This document shows, one piece after another, positions 9,379 through 19,204 of a DNA stretch of 64,000 bases. Source of the stretch: an uncultured bacterium (GTDB taxonomy: Bacteria; Spirochaetota; UBA4802; UB4802). Every line of letters starts with the position of its first letter. Positions within the stretch are counted from its first letter, which is position 1. A program made the position numbers and the translations under genes. The notes beneath the pieces are model-generated. The model saw only the letters and a program-made list of their open reading frames with translations, did no database searches and was not told the origin of the DNA. Location of the stretch: assembly GCA_937920495.1 (NCBI GenBank), contig CALEUQ010000039.1, positions 8,802 through 72,801 of the forward strand, written 5' to 3'.

Positions 9379-9603
9379 TCTTTTATATTTACTGATGTTG
9401 TCAATAATAAAATATTTCAATATATATTTTAAATACATATACTGTACGTGACATTACCATATTACGCTAAACCTTACACGCTTTGTATTAATTAGACTGG
9501 ATTACATTGATAATTATTGTAAAATTTTGTGGATTGGTTTTTTTATTTTTTTGAATACATATACCAGGCAAGTGAAATGTCATAGTAAATTTGAATGATC
9601 TAA

Positions 9604-11664
9604 TTAATGCACCGTATTCTTCATTCTGTACGCATCACGGTCAAACTTCTCATAAATTTTTTTCTTTATAAAAAGCTCTACAATATCCTTATCCAGTTTA
9701 TTCTTATCTGCCTCTTCTTTTATTATACTCAGTGCTTGCTCTAATGTAATGGGCGGTTTATAGGGCCTGTCGGTAGCAATTAAGGCATCAAATATATCAG
9801 CAAGCGCCATGATACGTGCCTGCAGTGGTATCTGCTCACCTTTTAGTCCGTAGGGATAACCGGTGCCATCAAGCTTTTCGTGATGCTTTGCGGCAATCTC
9901 AGGAATGCGTGCAAACTCTGGCGGCCATGGGATCTTGCTTACAAAGTTATACGTATGCACCACATGGCTTTCTATTTCACGACGTTCATCATCGTTCAAG
10001 CTTCCGCGCTTTATGCTTAAATTTTTGATATAGTAATCATTGAATATTTCCAATGCATTATTTTCCACATCACAGCATTCAAGCGACTGCAACAAGGCTT
10101 GCAAATTTTTTACCTCTTTTTCAACATCCATTTCTCTTACCATTGGGTTGTTGAGCTCTATGACTTTCTGGCGCGCCTGAAGTATTGTATGCAACACATT
10201 ATCGCGTTCAGATTCAATAGCGGTAACGTGTTCAAGGCGTGCATCAAATTCAGCTTCTTTTTTGATTTCATTATATACTGCCATAGCATACTTCAACTGC
10301 TGATACCGGTACAGATATTCAAGCTTAAGCAAAATATTTTCAAGATCCTTTGGATACAATTTATGTGATTTTAAAAAGATTGCAGTGTCAATATACACCT
10401 TACCAAAGTCATGCAAAAGTGCCGCATATTCAAGCTCTTTTAATTCGGTTTCAGAAAACGTTGTTGTAGCAAATGGTCCTGATGTGTCCTCACCAATTGC
10501 CTGCGCAATCTTTAAGCACATATCAGCAACCCTGAATGAGTGGCCCGACGTGGCAACATCACGTGATTCAATGGCAGTTACCGATGCCCTGACAAATTCT
10601 TCAAACTGTTTTTGAATCTGACGTATCATGCGGTTATTTTCTATGGCGATAGCCGCCTGCGAGGCCACCGCTTCCATCAAACTTTCGTATCGTTTCTGAA
10701 ATGGCACTACTTTTGTATTAAAATCTTCTTCACACGTTAATTTAATTGAATACGCTTCATTGCCATCATACGCATTTTCAATATCTTCCTTGCTGTTAAT
10801 AAGCTGTATGACACCAATCGTTTTATTTACATGATTAATCATGGGTACTACAAGCATTGATTTTGAGCGATAGTTATGCGCCTTATCAAATGACGAATTA
10901 AATGCCACCGGATCATCAGGACCTAATTTATATACATCGGGTATATTGAGCACCTGCTGGGTTACTGCAACATACCCTGCTATTGAATTTTTATCCATTG
11001 GTATGGTGAACTCTTCATACGGCAGATCCTTTGAAAAGGTGTGCGAGTGCTTAAACCGTAAGAATTTATTCCCGTTTTTTTCTTCAACCAGATATATACT
11101 ACCTGCATCAGCACCGGTAATGGTCTTGCTTAAATGCAAAATTAATTTCAATAACCGGTCGGGATTTTTTTCAATTGATAGCGCTTTGCCTATATTAATT
11201 AACGCATCAAAATCTCTCTGAGTATCTGCAAGCTGATGTATATGCTGACGGCTTAACTTTTTAAACTCGCCATGCGAGTGGGCAATAAATTTTGCTTTGG
11301 ATATTATAAATTTAAACTCTACTTCACTGATTCCATTTCTATACAAAGCAATGACATCCTGCATCATGGTTGTAGTATATTTAGAGCCAACACATACAAA
11401 GCCCACATAAAGATTATTATTGTGTGCTTCAATATTGCGCACTATTGATTTTACTTCATCATAGTGATGCGATGGTATAATATATACCACAGCAGTACAA
11501 CTTCCAGGATCAGCATTAATTGCATGCAGTATTGCGGGCAGTTCATTATATGGAGTGTAAACGTAGTGAATATCTGCGCCACTTTCTTTAGGCAGGGCAA
11601 CAGCATCTTTCAACATACTATCTATAATAATACAGCACTGTAGTTTTAATGAGTCCACCAACAC
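9604..11664 (-). CDS. GAF-domain / HD-GYP-domain cyclic-di-GMP phosphodiesterase.
   Basis: This 686-aa protein has a GAF-like central region and a C-terminal HD-GYP signature (ALLHDFGK ... [14 protein letters not shown]). Confidence 0.8.
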   Translation of the reverse strand: MLVDSLKLQCCIIIDSMLKDAVALPKESGADIHYVYTPYNELPAILHAINADPGSCTAVVYIIPSHHYDEVKSIVRNIEAHNNNLYVGFVCVGSKYTTTMMQDVIALYRNGISEVEFKFIISKAKFIAHSHGEFKKLSRQHIHQLADTQRDFDALINIGKALSIEKNPDRLLKLILHLSKTITGADAGSIYLVEEKNGNKFLRFKHSHTFSKDLPYEEFTIPMDKNSIAGYVAVTQQVLNIPDVYKLGPDDPVAFNSSFDKAHNYRSKSMLVVPMINHVNKTIGVIQLINSKEDIENAYDGNEAYSIKLTCEEDFNTKVVPFQKRYESLMEAVASQAAIAIENNRMIRQIQKQFEEFVRASVTAIESRDVATSGHSFRVADMCLKIAQAIGEDTSGPFATTTFSETELKELEYAALLHDFGKVYIDTAIFLKSHKLYPKDLENILLKLEYLYRYQQLKYAMAVYNEIKKEAEFDARLEHVTAIESERDNVLHTILQARQKVIELNNPMVREMDVEKEVKNLQALLQSLECCDVENNALEIFNDYYIKNLSIKRGSLNDDERREIESHVVHTYNFVSKIPWPPEFARIPEIAAKHHEKLDGTGYPYGLKGEQIPLQARIMALADIFDALIATDRPYKPPITLEQALSIIKEEADKNKLDKDIVELFIKKKIYEKFDRDAYRMKNTVH

Positions 11665-11735
11665 ACTCTTAACATATATACTAATCTTAACTCACAATCC
11701 ATAAAATAAATAAAAAGTCAATGTAAAAAAAATAT

Positions 11736-13154
11736 TCATATTTCTATTTCCTGAGAAATAGTATGCAATTCTTCCTGATCGGGAGCTTGGGCAGGTTTGT
11801 GTACTTTGTCATCAAATTTCAAGAATGCTTCTGCCTCATCTGCTGTTACGGTTTGGGTTATAATCTCTTCTTCAGCAATTTCTTTTTTTGTTTCTGCCAT
11901 TTCCTCTTTAACAACCGTTGTTTCTTTTTGTGATGTTTCTTTCTTCTCTTCTTTTTCTTCTTCACCTTCAATGATAGCCATGTGGTCGCGGGATTTAAAA
12001 TATTTGGCTTTGGCAGTAAGCTGGCTGGGTTTTTCAATTATTGTTTCGCCAACGTTAAACTGCAAATTTGAATCCGACAAAAGCAGATTTGTTGTTTTTT
12101 CCATTCTGGACGCAACATATCCCAGCATCCTGAAAAGCTCATCAATACCAAAGTTAAGCGTAACCGGGTCATTGCTCTTTAATGAAACACCTTTCTCAAC
12201 AAGTTTATTTTCAAGCAGGGCATAAATCCGTGTAATTGGCTTGTCGTATAGCTGTGACTCAAGTTGTATATAGGTAAACCAAATGCGGTGCGATAGTTCC
12301 TTGAAAATAAGCTGCGTTATGGCAGGCATCTGTTCCATAACTGCAGTAAGCGATTCTTTCTTTATAGGAAGTAGTACAGTTTTGCCCCAGCTTATTGCAG
12401 CAGCATTACGCGGCTTTTCCGATATTAACGCCATCTCCCCAAACACATCGCCATCTTTTAATACAGAAAGTATTATCTCGCTTTCGCTGGATAATTTAAC
12501 AATTTTTACCCTGCCCTCTTTGATAATGTACATCTCATTTCCGGGCTCATCCTCGCAGAAGATCATCTGCTGGTCTGCATACACTTTATACGGTGCCTGG
12601 ATTACCGGAGCTATCGCCCCCTTTACCTTATCTTTAATGCTTTCCAACATTGTGGTAACTACACTGGCAAAAAGCCCCTGTGGGTACAGCTCCAGATAGC
12701 GCTTGCAGCAGTAATACGCATGGTTGTTGCTTCCATTATTATAAAAGTACCTGATGTGATTATACAGTGCTTCTTCAGGTGTTTCAAGCTCCACGCCTTT
12801 ATCCTTCAAGGCTATCATCATCTCATTATATGCTCTAAGCTCATTAGAAAAATAGTTTAACACCTTAATAGCTATCTGAGGCTTTTTTGATAAAAGATTC
12901 ATAAACTCCTGTTTGGTAAGTGATGTTATGACAGTATCCACACGTGCTATGGCAGATTCCATGCGTGGCTTATTGCATAGTGCCGCAATCACGCCAAAGA
13001 ATTCACCATCTTTCAGTATATTTTTATATATGGGAGCGTTCTTATTATAGCGATCTAACTGCACAACACCTTTATCAACGATGTACACAGTGTCCGCGTC
13101 TTCATCACCTTCTATATATATGTATGCTCCCTTTTTAAAAAGGCTCTTTTTCAT
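11736..13154 (-). CDS. Protein with tandem cyclic-nucleotide-binding (cNMP/CAP-effector) domains and an acidic/lysine-rich C-terminal tail.
   Basis: Two cNMP-binding signatures are present: YIYIEGDEDADTVYIVDKGVV...GEFFGVIAAL, and MYIIKEGRVKIVKL...GDVFGEMALISEKPRNAAAISW. The C-terminus is EEKEEKKE-rich. Confidence 0.75.
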   Translation of the reverse strand: MKKSLFKKGAYIYIEGDEDADTVYIVDKGVVQLDRYNKNAPIYKNILKDGEFFGVIAALCNKPRMESAIARVDTVITSLTKQEFMNLLSKKPQIAIKVLNYFSNELRAYNEMMIALKDKGVELETPEEALYNHIRYFYNNGSNNHAYYCCKRYLELYPQGLFASVVTTMLESIKDKVKGAIAPVIQAPYKVYADQQMIFCEDEPGNEMYIIKEGRVKIVKLSSESEIILSVLKDGDVFGEMALISEKPRNAAAISWGKTVLLPIKKESLTAVMEQMPAITQLIFKELSHRIWFTYIQLESQLYDKPITRIYALLENKLVEKGVSLKSNDPVTLNFGIDELFRMLGYVASRMEKTTNLLLSDSNLQFNVGETIIEKPSQLTAKAKYFKSRDHMAIIEGEEEKEEKKETSQKETTVVKEEMAETKKEIAEEEIITQTVTADEAEAFLKFDDKVHKPAQAPDQEELHTISQEIEI

Positions 13155-13160
13155 ACAATC

Positions 13161-13709
13161 CTACATCCAGTACACCTGCATGGTATTTTTTAATGTAGTC
13201 TGAATTTCTTTGCCGGCAAAAAGCCCCACCAGAGTCAGCGCAAATGGTAGTGCACATCCCGGGCCCTTTGCAGTGACAATTGTGCCATCAACCACAACAG
13301 GTTCATTCACAATAGTTGCACCGGTAAGTTCATGCTCAAAGCCAGGAAAACATGTTGCTTTTTTGCCATACAAAATTTCAGCAGCACCCAGCACAATAGG
13401 TGCAGCACATATAGCAGCAACATACCCACCTTTTGAAAAAATATGTTTAATGAATTTGTGCACATCATCATTGTTTTTTAAATTTTCACTACCAGGCATT
13501 CCACCCGGTAATACTATACAATTATAATCGACAGGATTGCATTTATGCAATAGTGTATCCGCCTTAATTGCAATTCCATGCGAGCCGGTTACAAGAGTGT
13601 CAGAAAGCGCCGCAGATTGTACATCCAGATTTGCTCTTCGCAGAACATCAATTATTGTTATAGCTTCTATCTCCTCAAATCCCGGAGCAAGCGGTACAAT
13701 TATTTTCAT
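13161..13709 (-). CDS. DJ-1/PfpI (ThiJ) family protein.
   Basis: This 182-aa protein shows MKIIVPLAPGFEEIEA...DYNCIVLPGG...AAICAAP, with the nucleophile-elbow Cys of the family. Confidence 0.8.
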   Translation of the reverse strand: MKIIVPLAPGFEEIEAITIIDVLRRANLDVQSAALSDTLVTGSHGIAIKADTLLHKCNPVDYNCIVLPGGMPGSENLKNNDDVHKFIKHIFSKGGYVAAICAAPIVLGAAEILYGKKATCFPGFEHELTGATIVNEPVVVDGTIVTAKGPGCALPFALTLVGLFAGKEIQTTLKNTMQVYWM

Positions 13710-13965
13710 CCTGTTCCTCCTTTTAAATAAAATTTAATCCCTTAACCTGACCCCAACCCATCTCCTTAAACAAGGAGAGGGGTTCTGAATTTCCCTCGCC
13801 TTTTCTAAGGAGAGTGTTTAAAGGTGAGGTTCCAATATAATTAAACTACATTGGATGAATCTTCTATAATTAAAGGCTATACTACTGGCCTCACAGTGCC
13901 ATTCCACCAACTTAATATAATGTACTATATGCTCGCAATAAGTCAATACAACAAGCTATCGTCCA

Positions 13966-14496
13966 TTACGTGCTTTTAAGCCATTCAATAAGGATGGTCT
14001 GTACCTTATGTGTGATTTGATGTAAATTATTTTTTTCTTCTGTGGTAAAATCTGACAACACATAATCTGCAACCGGAGTACCATCTATGGGTCTGCCAAC
14101 GCCTATCTGTATACGGTAAAAGTCAGGGGTACCAATATGTTGCTGTATAGAGCGGATGCCGTTATGCCCTTTGTGACCTCCGCCAAACTTAAGCTTTACA
14201 TGCCCAAACTGTAGTTCTATCTCATCATGCAACACAATAAGATTTTGAGGATTTTCTTTGTAATACGATAGCACCTTTTGTACGGCAATACCGCTGTTAT
14301 TCATATAGGTTTGTGGCATTACAAACAGGCACTCGTACCCATCAATAGTACCGATTCCCATAATAGCATCATGTTCTTTTTTGTGTATCGTGATTGTATA
14401 TCTGCGAGCAATTTCCGCGCCAATAATCATGCCTGCGTTGTGGCGGTTGCCCGCGTATTTTTTTCCGGGATTTCCTAAACAGGCTATTATTTTCAT
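13966..14496 (-). CDS. pth: Peptidyl-tRNA hydrolase.
   Basis: The sequence MKIIACLGNPGKKYAGNRHNAGM...FVMPQTYMNNSG...HDEIELQFG is a canonical Pth. The start is chosen at M8 of the track ORF. Its ATG overlaps the stop of the upstream STAS gene (ATGA). Confidence 0.85.
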   Translation of the reverse strand: MKIIACLGNPGKKYAGNRHNAGMIIGAEIARRYTITIHKKEHDAIMGIGTIDGYECLFVMPQTYMNNSGIAVQKVLSYYKENPQNLIVLHDEIELQFGHVKLKFGGGHKGHNGIRSIQQHIGTPDFYRIQIGVGRPIDGTPVADYVLSDFTTEEKNNLHQITHKVQTILIEWLKST

Positions 14497-14840
14497 TGTG
14501 CGGATATGTATAAGCAAGCTTCTTCGATAGTATTTTTAATTATCAGATGTTTATCAAGCTCAGTTAATTTAAATAATTTTATTATGTCCTCACTGCATCC
14601 GGTTATGACCACTTTTAATTTCTTTGCTTCAGCCTTTTTATGTGATGCAATAAGCAGACTCAAACCTGCACTGCATATAAAAGATAATTCATTGAAATCG
14701 ATAATGATGTTGTTCATTTTTTCAAGTGCAGTATATATCTCTTTTTCTAACTGTTTAATATGTTCAGTTACAAGCGACCCTTCAATCTTTATTATAACAA
14801 TACCATCTATACTTTTTCTGGTAATTTTCATTGCACCCAC
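14493..14840 (-). CDS. STAS-domain protein (anti-sigma-factor antagonist, SpoIIAA-like).
   Basis: This 115-aa protein shows ITRKSIDGIVIIKIEGSLV...IIDFNELSFICSAGLSLL, which is the STAS fold signature. Confidence 0.7.
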   Translation of the reverse strand: MGAMKITRKSIDGIVIIKIEGSLVTEHIKQLEKEIYTALEKMNNIIIDFNELSFICSAGLSLLIASHKKAEAKKLKVVITGCSEDIIKLFKLTELDKHLIIKNTIEEACLYISAQ

Positions 14841-15740
14841 AACCCCTTGAATTGTCTACATTCAATTAACACTTAACTATAGGCATTTATCCTAATTTTC
14901 AATATATAAATGTCAAGCAAAAGATATATGATCCTGCGTATTCAAAATAAAAATTTTACATTTTTTCCACATATCATTATAAACCTTTTAAAAATAATAT
15001 CAAACTTTATTTTACGCTACTTCTTTTCAAACACTGCCAGGCTTTCATCCGTATTTAATATTTTTTTACCCATAGATTTTATGCAGGCTCCACTTCAATG
15101 GAGAAGTACAATTTTTTAACTGAAAGATAGTTTTAAATTAAGGAACGTCCTCATGAAGTTGATTAGCCACAAACTAACTCAAAGGATAAGCCCTTATATA
15201 AATAGATACAAATGCTGTTAAAAATGTCTACTTACAAATTATGTTTGAGGAGCGCAAGAAAATTGCTTGCATGCACAGGAAGGTATTAAAACAAATTATG
15301 AATCTATTTATCTGTATATTTACCATGAAGCAACTGAATTGGTTGAATATACTGTCAGAGGTAGACGAAGGCAGCAAAAACGTTTAATTAAACCGGGTAA
15401 CAAGGATAGTGAAAATACACAATTGTGTGATTATCAGAAAGAGGCATGATGTAATTAACAACAAAACCAAGTATGGCCACCGGGAAGCTAATATGGTAGT
15501 CTCACGTCAAAGCAAAGCAGCTCTGGTTGTATTACGATAAAGAAAACTGCACATCGTTATCATCTGTAAAATACAACAAAGGACGGTACGACTGATGTAA
15601 AGGACTGTAGTAGAGATGTTGAAAAAATATCCTCTACATATATCATCTTTGATAACAGTCTAGAAAAATTGCGCTTGGTCATTGAATCCGTGACAAAATA
15701 AAAATTGACAGATGTAATTATTTTTTTATATTATTTCAAG

Positions 15741-16061
15741 TTATAGAGATATTACGGAATAAAACTTCTGGAGGAAATTATGGATTTTGAGACCACTACC
15801 TGTATTTCTCACACACATCTTGGTATAATTAGTACCAGTATCAATAAACCGTGCAATATCGCTGTCATAGATTACCGTAATTTCATTAGTCACTATCATC
15901 GGATCGTTTGTTTTTTCTGACTCATCTATAGCCAGACCCAGACGTGGTCCACCACATCCTATACCAGAAAAAACTAAACGCAGTGCAGATTTCTTGAAAT
16001 CTACTTCCTTTGTAGCTTCTAAAATTTTTTGCTTTGCAGCTTCGGTAATAGTAATATTCAT
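15741..16061 (-). CDS. HesB/IscA-like Fe-S cluster assembly-related small protein, lacking the C-terminal Cys pair.
   Basis: This 106-aa protein shows MNITITEAAKQKI...ALRLVFSGIGCGGPRLGLAID, which resembles the IscA/HesB N-terminal pattern. Confidence 0.4.
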   Translation of the reverse strand: MNITITEAAKQKILEATKEVDFKKSALRLVFSGIGCGGPRLGLAIDESEKTNDPMIVTNEITVIYDSDIARFIDTGTNYTKMCVRNTGSGLKIHNFLQKFYSVISL

Positions 16062-16201
16062 AAATATTTACCTTTAAATTAAATAATATAATATTAAATT
16101 ACTAAATATCCTGGAAAGTTCCAATAATTTTTTTAAGCTCATTTTAAGAATTTTGGGAAAATTATACATATCTTGTGATACTATAATGAAAGCAACTCTG
16201 C

Positions 16202-16365
16202 GGGTTTTTTATTGAAACAGTCTTTTTATGCAATACTATTATTCTTAAGTAGCGTTTTTTATGCATAAGAAATTAACGCAAAGATGAAATAACTTTTTGA
16301 TGGATAATCTTGTTTCAAAAATACGGAAACAAGAAAAAAATAATTATCCCATCTCAACATACAAC
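16202..16365 (+). repeat. Intergenic element copy A. It is about 160 bp and contains the palindrome TTATGCATAA. Its paralog lies at 26094-26250.
   Basis: About 80-85% identity to 26094-26250 was found by reading and aligning. The shared core is GGGTTTTT..ATT.AAACA...TTTTATGCAA...GTTTTTTATGCATAAG.AAT.AACGCAAAGATGAAAT..ACTTTTGAT.G...CATCTCAAC. Confidence 0.7.
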
Positions 16366-16512
16366 ACATTGTCAAGAAATATTACTCTTAACTTTGTATA
16401 TGCATAATAAAATGTCAAATAAATAAGTTGACAATAACCCCGCTGTATAACACTGTGTAGTTCATAGTGATTTGTATATATTAATTTACTCTATTTACAG
16501 GAAATTTTTACC

Positions 16513-17466
16513 ATGCGCGCTGCACGAATAGTTGCTCCACGGAAGTTTTCAGTTGACGATGAGCCAATCCCTGATTGCCCTGATGGTCATGTCAGGGTTA
16601 AGCTTTTAAAAGCTGCTATCTGCGGCTCCGATTTTCCTTATTTTGCAAATGACTATCCAAAAGAATCATATCCCCTGCCCCCCGGATACCCCGGGCATGA
16701 ATGTTTGGGTGTTGTTGAAGCTTCAAGGGTTACGCATATTAAAGAAGGCACTCTGGTAATGTATTATCCCCCCTTTCTGGATGCATATAAAGAATACCAT
16801 GTTACCCTGCCTTCACGGGTACAGGAAATACCCAATACATTACCTCTCAATGAGCTTCTAATGACACAGCTTCTGGGTGCAGTTTCGCACTGCGCATTCA
16901 GAATCGACAAGCCATACAATAAACATGTGGTGGTAATGGGACAGGGCCCTGTTGGCTTATTCTTTACCGCCCTTATGAAAAACTTTGGCGCGCGCAGTGT
17001 CATAGCTGTTGATATTCTGGATTATCGTTTGAACGCTTCAAAACGCATGGGTGCAACTCATACTATTAATCCCGAAAAGGAAGATTTAACTAAAACCATA
17101 CAATCAATTACCGGCGGTTCATTAGCTGATATTGTTATTGACGCATACGGCCAGAATGTGGCAGTTATTAATAAATGTTTTGAGATAGCAAAACATAATG
17201 GTCAGGTTGCTTTTTTTGGTATTTGCCTTGAAGAATCGCCACGGCTTAACTTTAATACATTTTTTAGAAAAGAATTGCGCATGATAGCCTCAGTTGGGCC
17301 TGATCTTACCATGGATTATCCATACGCACTGGACATGATTGTAAAAGGAGCTATCGACGTAACTCCGCTTTTGACTCATGACCTGCCTTTTGAGCATATT
17401 CAAAAGGGTTTTGAAATGGCAATACACAGAGCCGACAATGCAATAAAGATTGTATTAAGCTTTTAA
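16513..17466 (+). CDS. Zinc-binding alcohol dehydrogenase / medium-chain dehydrogenase family protein.
   Basis: The protein shows CGSDFPY, GHECLGVV and a VMGQGPVGLFF Rossmann motif. Confidence 0.8.
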   Translation: MRAARIVAPRKFSVDDEPIPDCPDGHVRVKLLKAAICGSDFPYFANDYPKESYPLPPGYPGHECLGVVEASRVTHIKEGTLVMYYPPFLDAYKEYHVTLPSRVQEIPNTLPLNELLMTQLLGAVSHCAFRIDKPYNKHVVVMGQGPVGLFFTALMKNFGARSVIAVDILDYRLNASKRMGATHTINPEKEDLTKTIQSITGGSLADIVIDAYGQNVAVINKCFEIAKHNGQVAFFGICLEESPRLNFNTFFRKELRMIASVGPDLTMDYPYALDMIVKGAIDVTPLLTHDLPFEHIQKGFEMAIHRADNAIKIVLSF

Positions 17467-17497
17467 ACGTTATACTGTTTACAAAGAGGTTTGTACT

Positions 17498-17959
17498 ATG
17501 CCACGAGCAAAAATATATGGGTTTTTGGCTGTTATTATTTCAGCACTCCTTGGAATTGCGTTTGTATATTATGCATTTATACGTTTTGACATGTATTCAT
17601 CGTTACATTTTTCTTCTATTGATACCGGTGCATACTGGGCAGTGACAACTCCCATTGCTATCGTTACCCTTTTTATTTTAGCAACCGGTTTTTGGGTTGG
17701 ATATACAATTTTAACGATAAAGGTGGCTCCTCCTATGCCAGAAATAGTTGAAAAGAAGGATAATTCAAAATTCAAAGCGTTTTTGCTTTGCCTGGTTACC
17801 GCTGCACTGGCAGCGTGGTTTGTATATGGATTATTGAATCATTACTATTTAGCTATTGCTATTCCTGCTGCATGCATAACACTGGTTATACTGGGCATGG
17901 TCTTCTGGGTTGGCATTGCAATCATCACAACACGTTCAACTCTGAAGAAAGATAAATAG
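17498..17959 (+). CDS. Small polytopic membrane protein (hypothetical).
   Basis: This 153-aa protein has four predicted hydrophobic helices. It sits between the dehydrogenase and the glycosyltransferases. Confidence 0.4.
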   Translation: MPRAKIYGFLAVIISALLGIAFVYYAFIRFDMYSSLHFSSIDTGAYWAVTTPIAIVTLFILATGFWVGYTILTIKVAPPMPEIVEKKDNSKFKAFLLCLVTAALAAWFVYGLLNHYYLAIAIPAACITLVILGMVFWVGIAIITTRSTLKKDK

Positions 17960-17965
17960 CCTTCT

Positions 17966-19204
17966 ATGCGTGCACTATTTTTGTGTTATCGTGGGAACCC
18001 GTTCTGCGGTGGACAGGGTATCTATTTATACAACCTAACCAAAGAGCTGGCACAATTAGGCGTTGAGATTGATGTCATTGTTGGTCCACCATATCCTGAC
18101 CCCATGGATGAATGGGCCACAGTGTATAAGCTTGAAAATCTTAATATGTGGGCAATAAAAACAAAACATTTCCCATATGAAAAGCTTATCAAACTTTATA
18201 AGCCATGGCATTTTACGGATTATGTGTTAACCCGCTTCCATATTTTTCCTGAAATGGAAACATTCAGCATGAAGGCTTTTTTTCTGCTACGAAAACTCCT
18301 CAAAGAAAGGCATTATGACATCATTCATGATGTGCAGTGTTTAGGCTGGGGACTTTTGCCAATGAAAGGCTATGGCATACCTATTGTTACCACCGTACAT
18401 CATCCACTAACCAAAGACCGTGAAGCAGATTTTCTTGTTGATAACACCATGTGGGAAATGGTGTGTACTATATTGTTTTATCCTTTGACCATGCAGAGAA
18501 TTGTAATTAACAGGCTTGACAGGGTTATCACCTCTTCACAGGAAGGGGTAAAAGCGCTCTATGAAGCATTCAATCTTTCACCAAAGAAGGTTTCAGTAGT
18601 GTATAACGGTATGGATGTGGAAGTATTCCGCAATACCGGCCAACCACGCAAAGAAAACACCATCCTCTTTGTAGGCAATACCGAAGACCACAAAAAGGGC
18701 CTGCGTTACCTTTTTGACGCTATGACCATGCTGCCCGAAAATATCAAGCTCATTATTGTTGATGATGGGCCTCCTAAACGGCTCACCGCATGGGGATGGA
18801 TACAGGAACGCGGCCTTGAAAAAAGAGTGACATTTACCGGCAAGGTTGACTTGGGTACACTGGTACATCTTTACAGTACCAGCACCATATTAGTAATGGC
18901 ATCACTCTATGAAGGTTTTGGACTGCCTGCAGCTGAAGCTATGGCCTGCAATACGCCTGTGGTGGTAACCAGTGCCGGTTCACTACCCGAGGTGGTTGGC
19001 GACTGTGGTATTATAGTTCCACCAAAAGACCCTGTGGCATTAAAAGAAGGCATACTGAAACTTTTGCATAACAAAGCACTGCGTGAAGAATTAGGCAAAA
19101 AGGGAAGGAAACGAGTGGAAGAAAATTTTGCATGGCCGGTAGCAGCAAAGAATACACTTGCAGTGTACCATGATGTCATTGAGCAGTACAGGAGCAGTTT
19201 ATGA
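17966..19204 (+). CDS. GT4-family glycosyltransferase, paralog 1.
   Basis: The N-terminal CYRGNPFCGGQGIYLYNLTKELAQLGVEIDVIVGPPYP pattern resembles BshA/MshA GT4 enzymes. A C-terminal Glycos_transf_1 pattern EGFGLPAAEAMACNTPVV is present. Confidence 0.8.
   Translation: MRALFLCYRGNPFCGGQGIYLYNLTKELAQLGVEIDVIVGPPYPDPMDEWATVYKLENLNMWAIKTKHFPYEKLIKLYKPWHFTDYVLTRFHIFPEMETFSMKAFFLLRKLLKERHYDIIHDVQCLGWGLLPMKGYGIPIVTTVHHPLTKDREADFLVDNTMWEMVCTILFYPLTMQRIVINRLDRVITSSQEGVKALYEAFNLSPKKVSVVYNGMDVEVFRNTGQPRKENTILFVGNTEDHKKGLRYLFDAMTMLPENIKLIIVDDGPPKRLTAWGWIQERGLEKRVTFTGKVDLGTLVHLYSTSTILVMASLYEGFGLPAAEAMACNTPVVVTSAGSLPEVVGDCGIIVPPKDPVALKEGILKLLHNKALREELGKKGRKRVEENFAWPVAAKNTLAVYHDVIEQYRSSL

Noticed and set aside
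13761-13800. Inverted repeats (TCTCCTT-aaac-AAGGAGA, GAGGG...CCCTC) between pth and the DJ-1 gene as a possible terminator.
   Set aside because: Both flanking genes are on the minus strand. Read on that strand the hairpins are not followed by a U-tract, so only weak structure is supported.
15451-15560. SRP RNA-like AAGCAGC segment.
   Set aside because: Only a 7-nt match is present. There is no flanking conserved helix 8 context on either strand.
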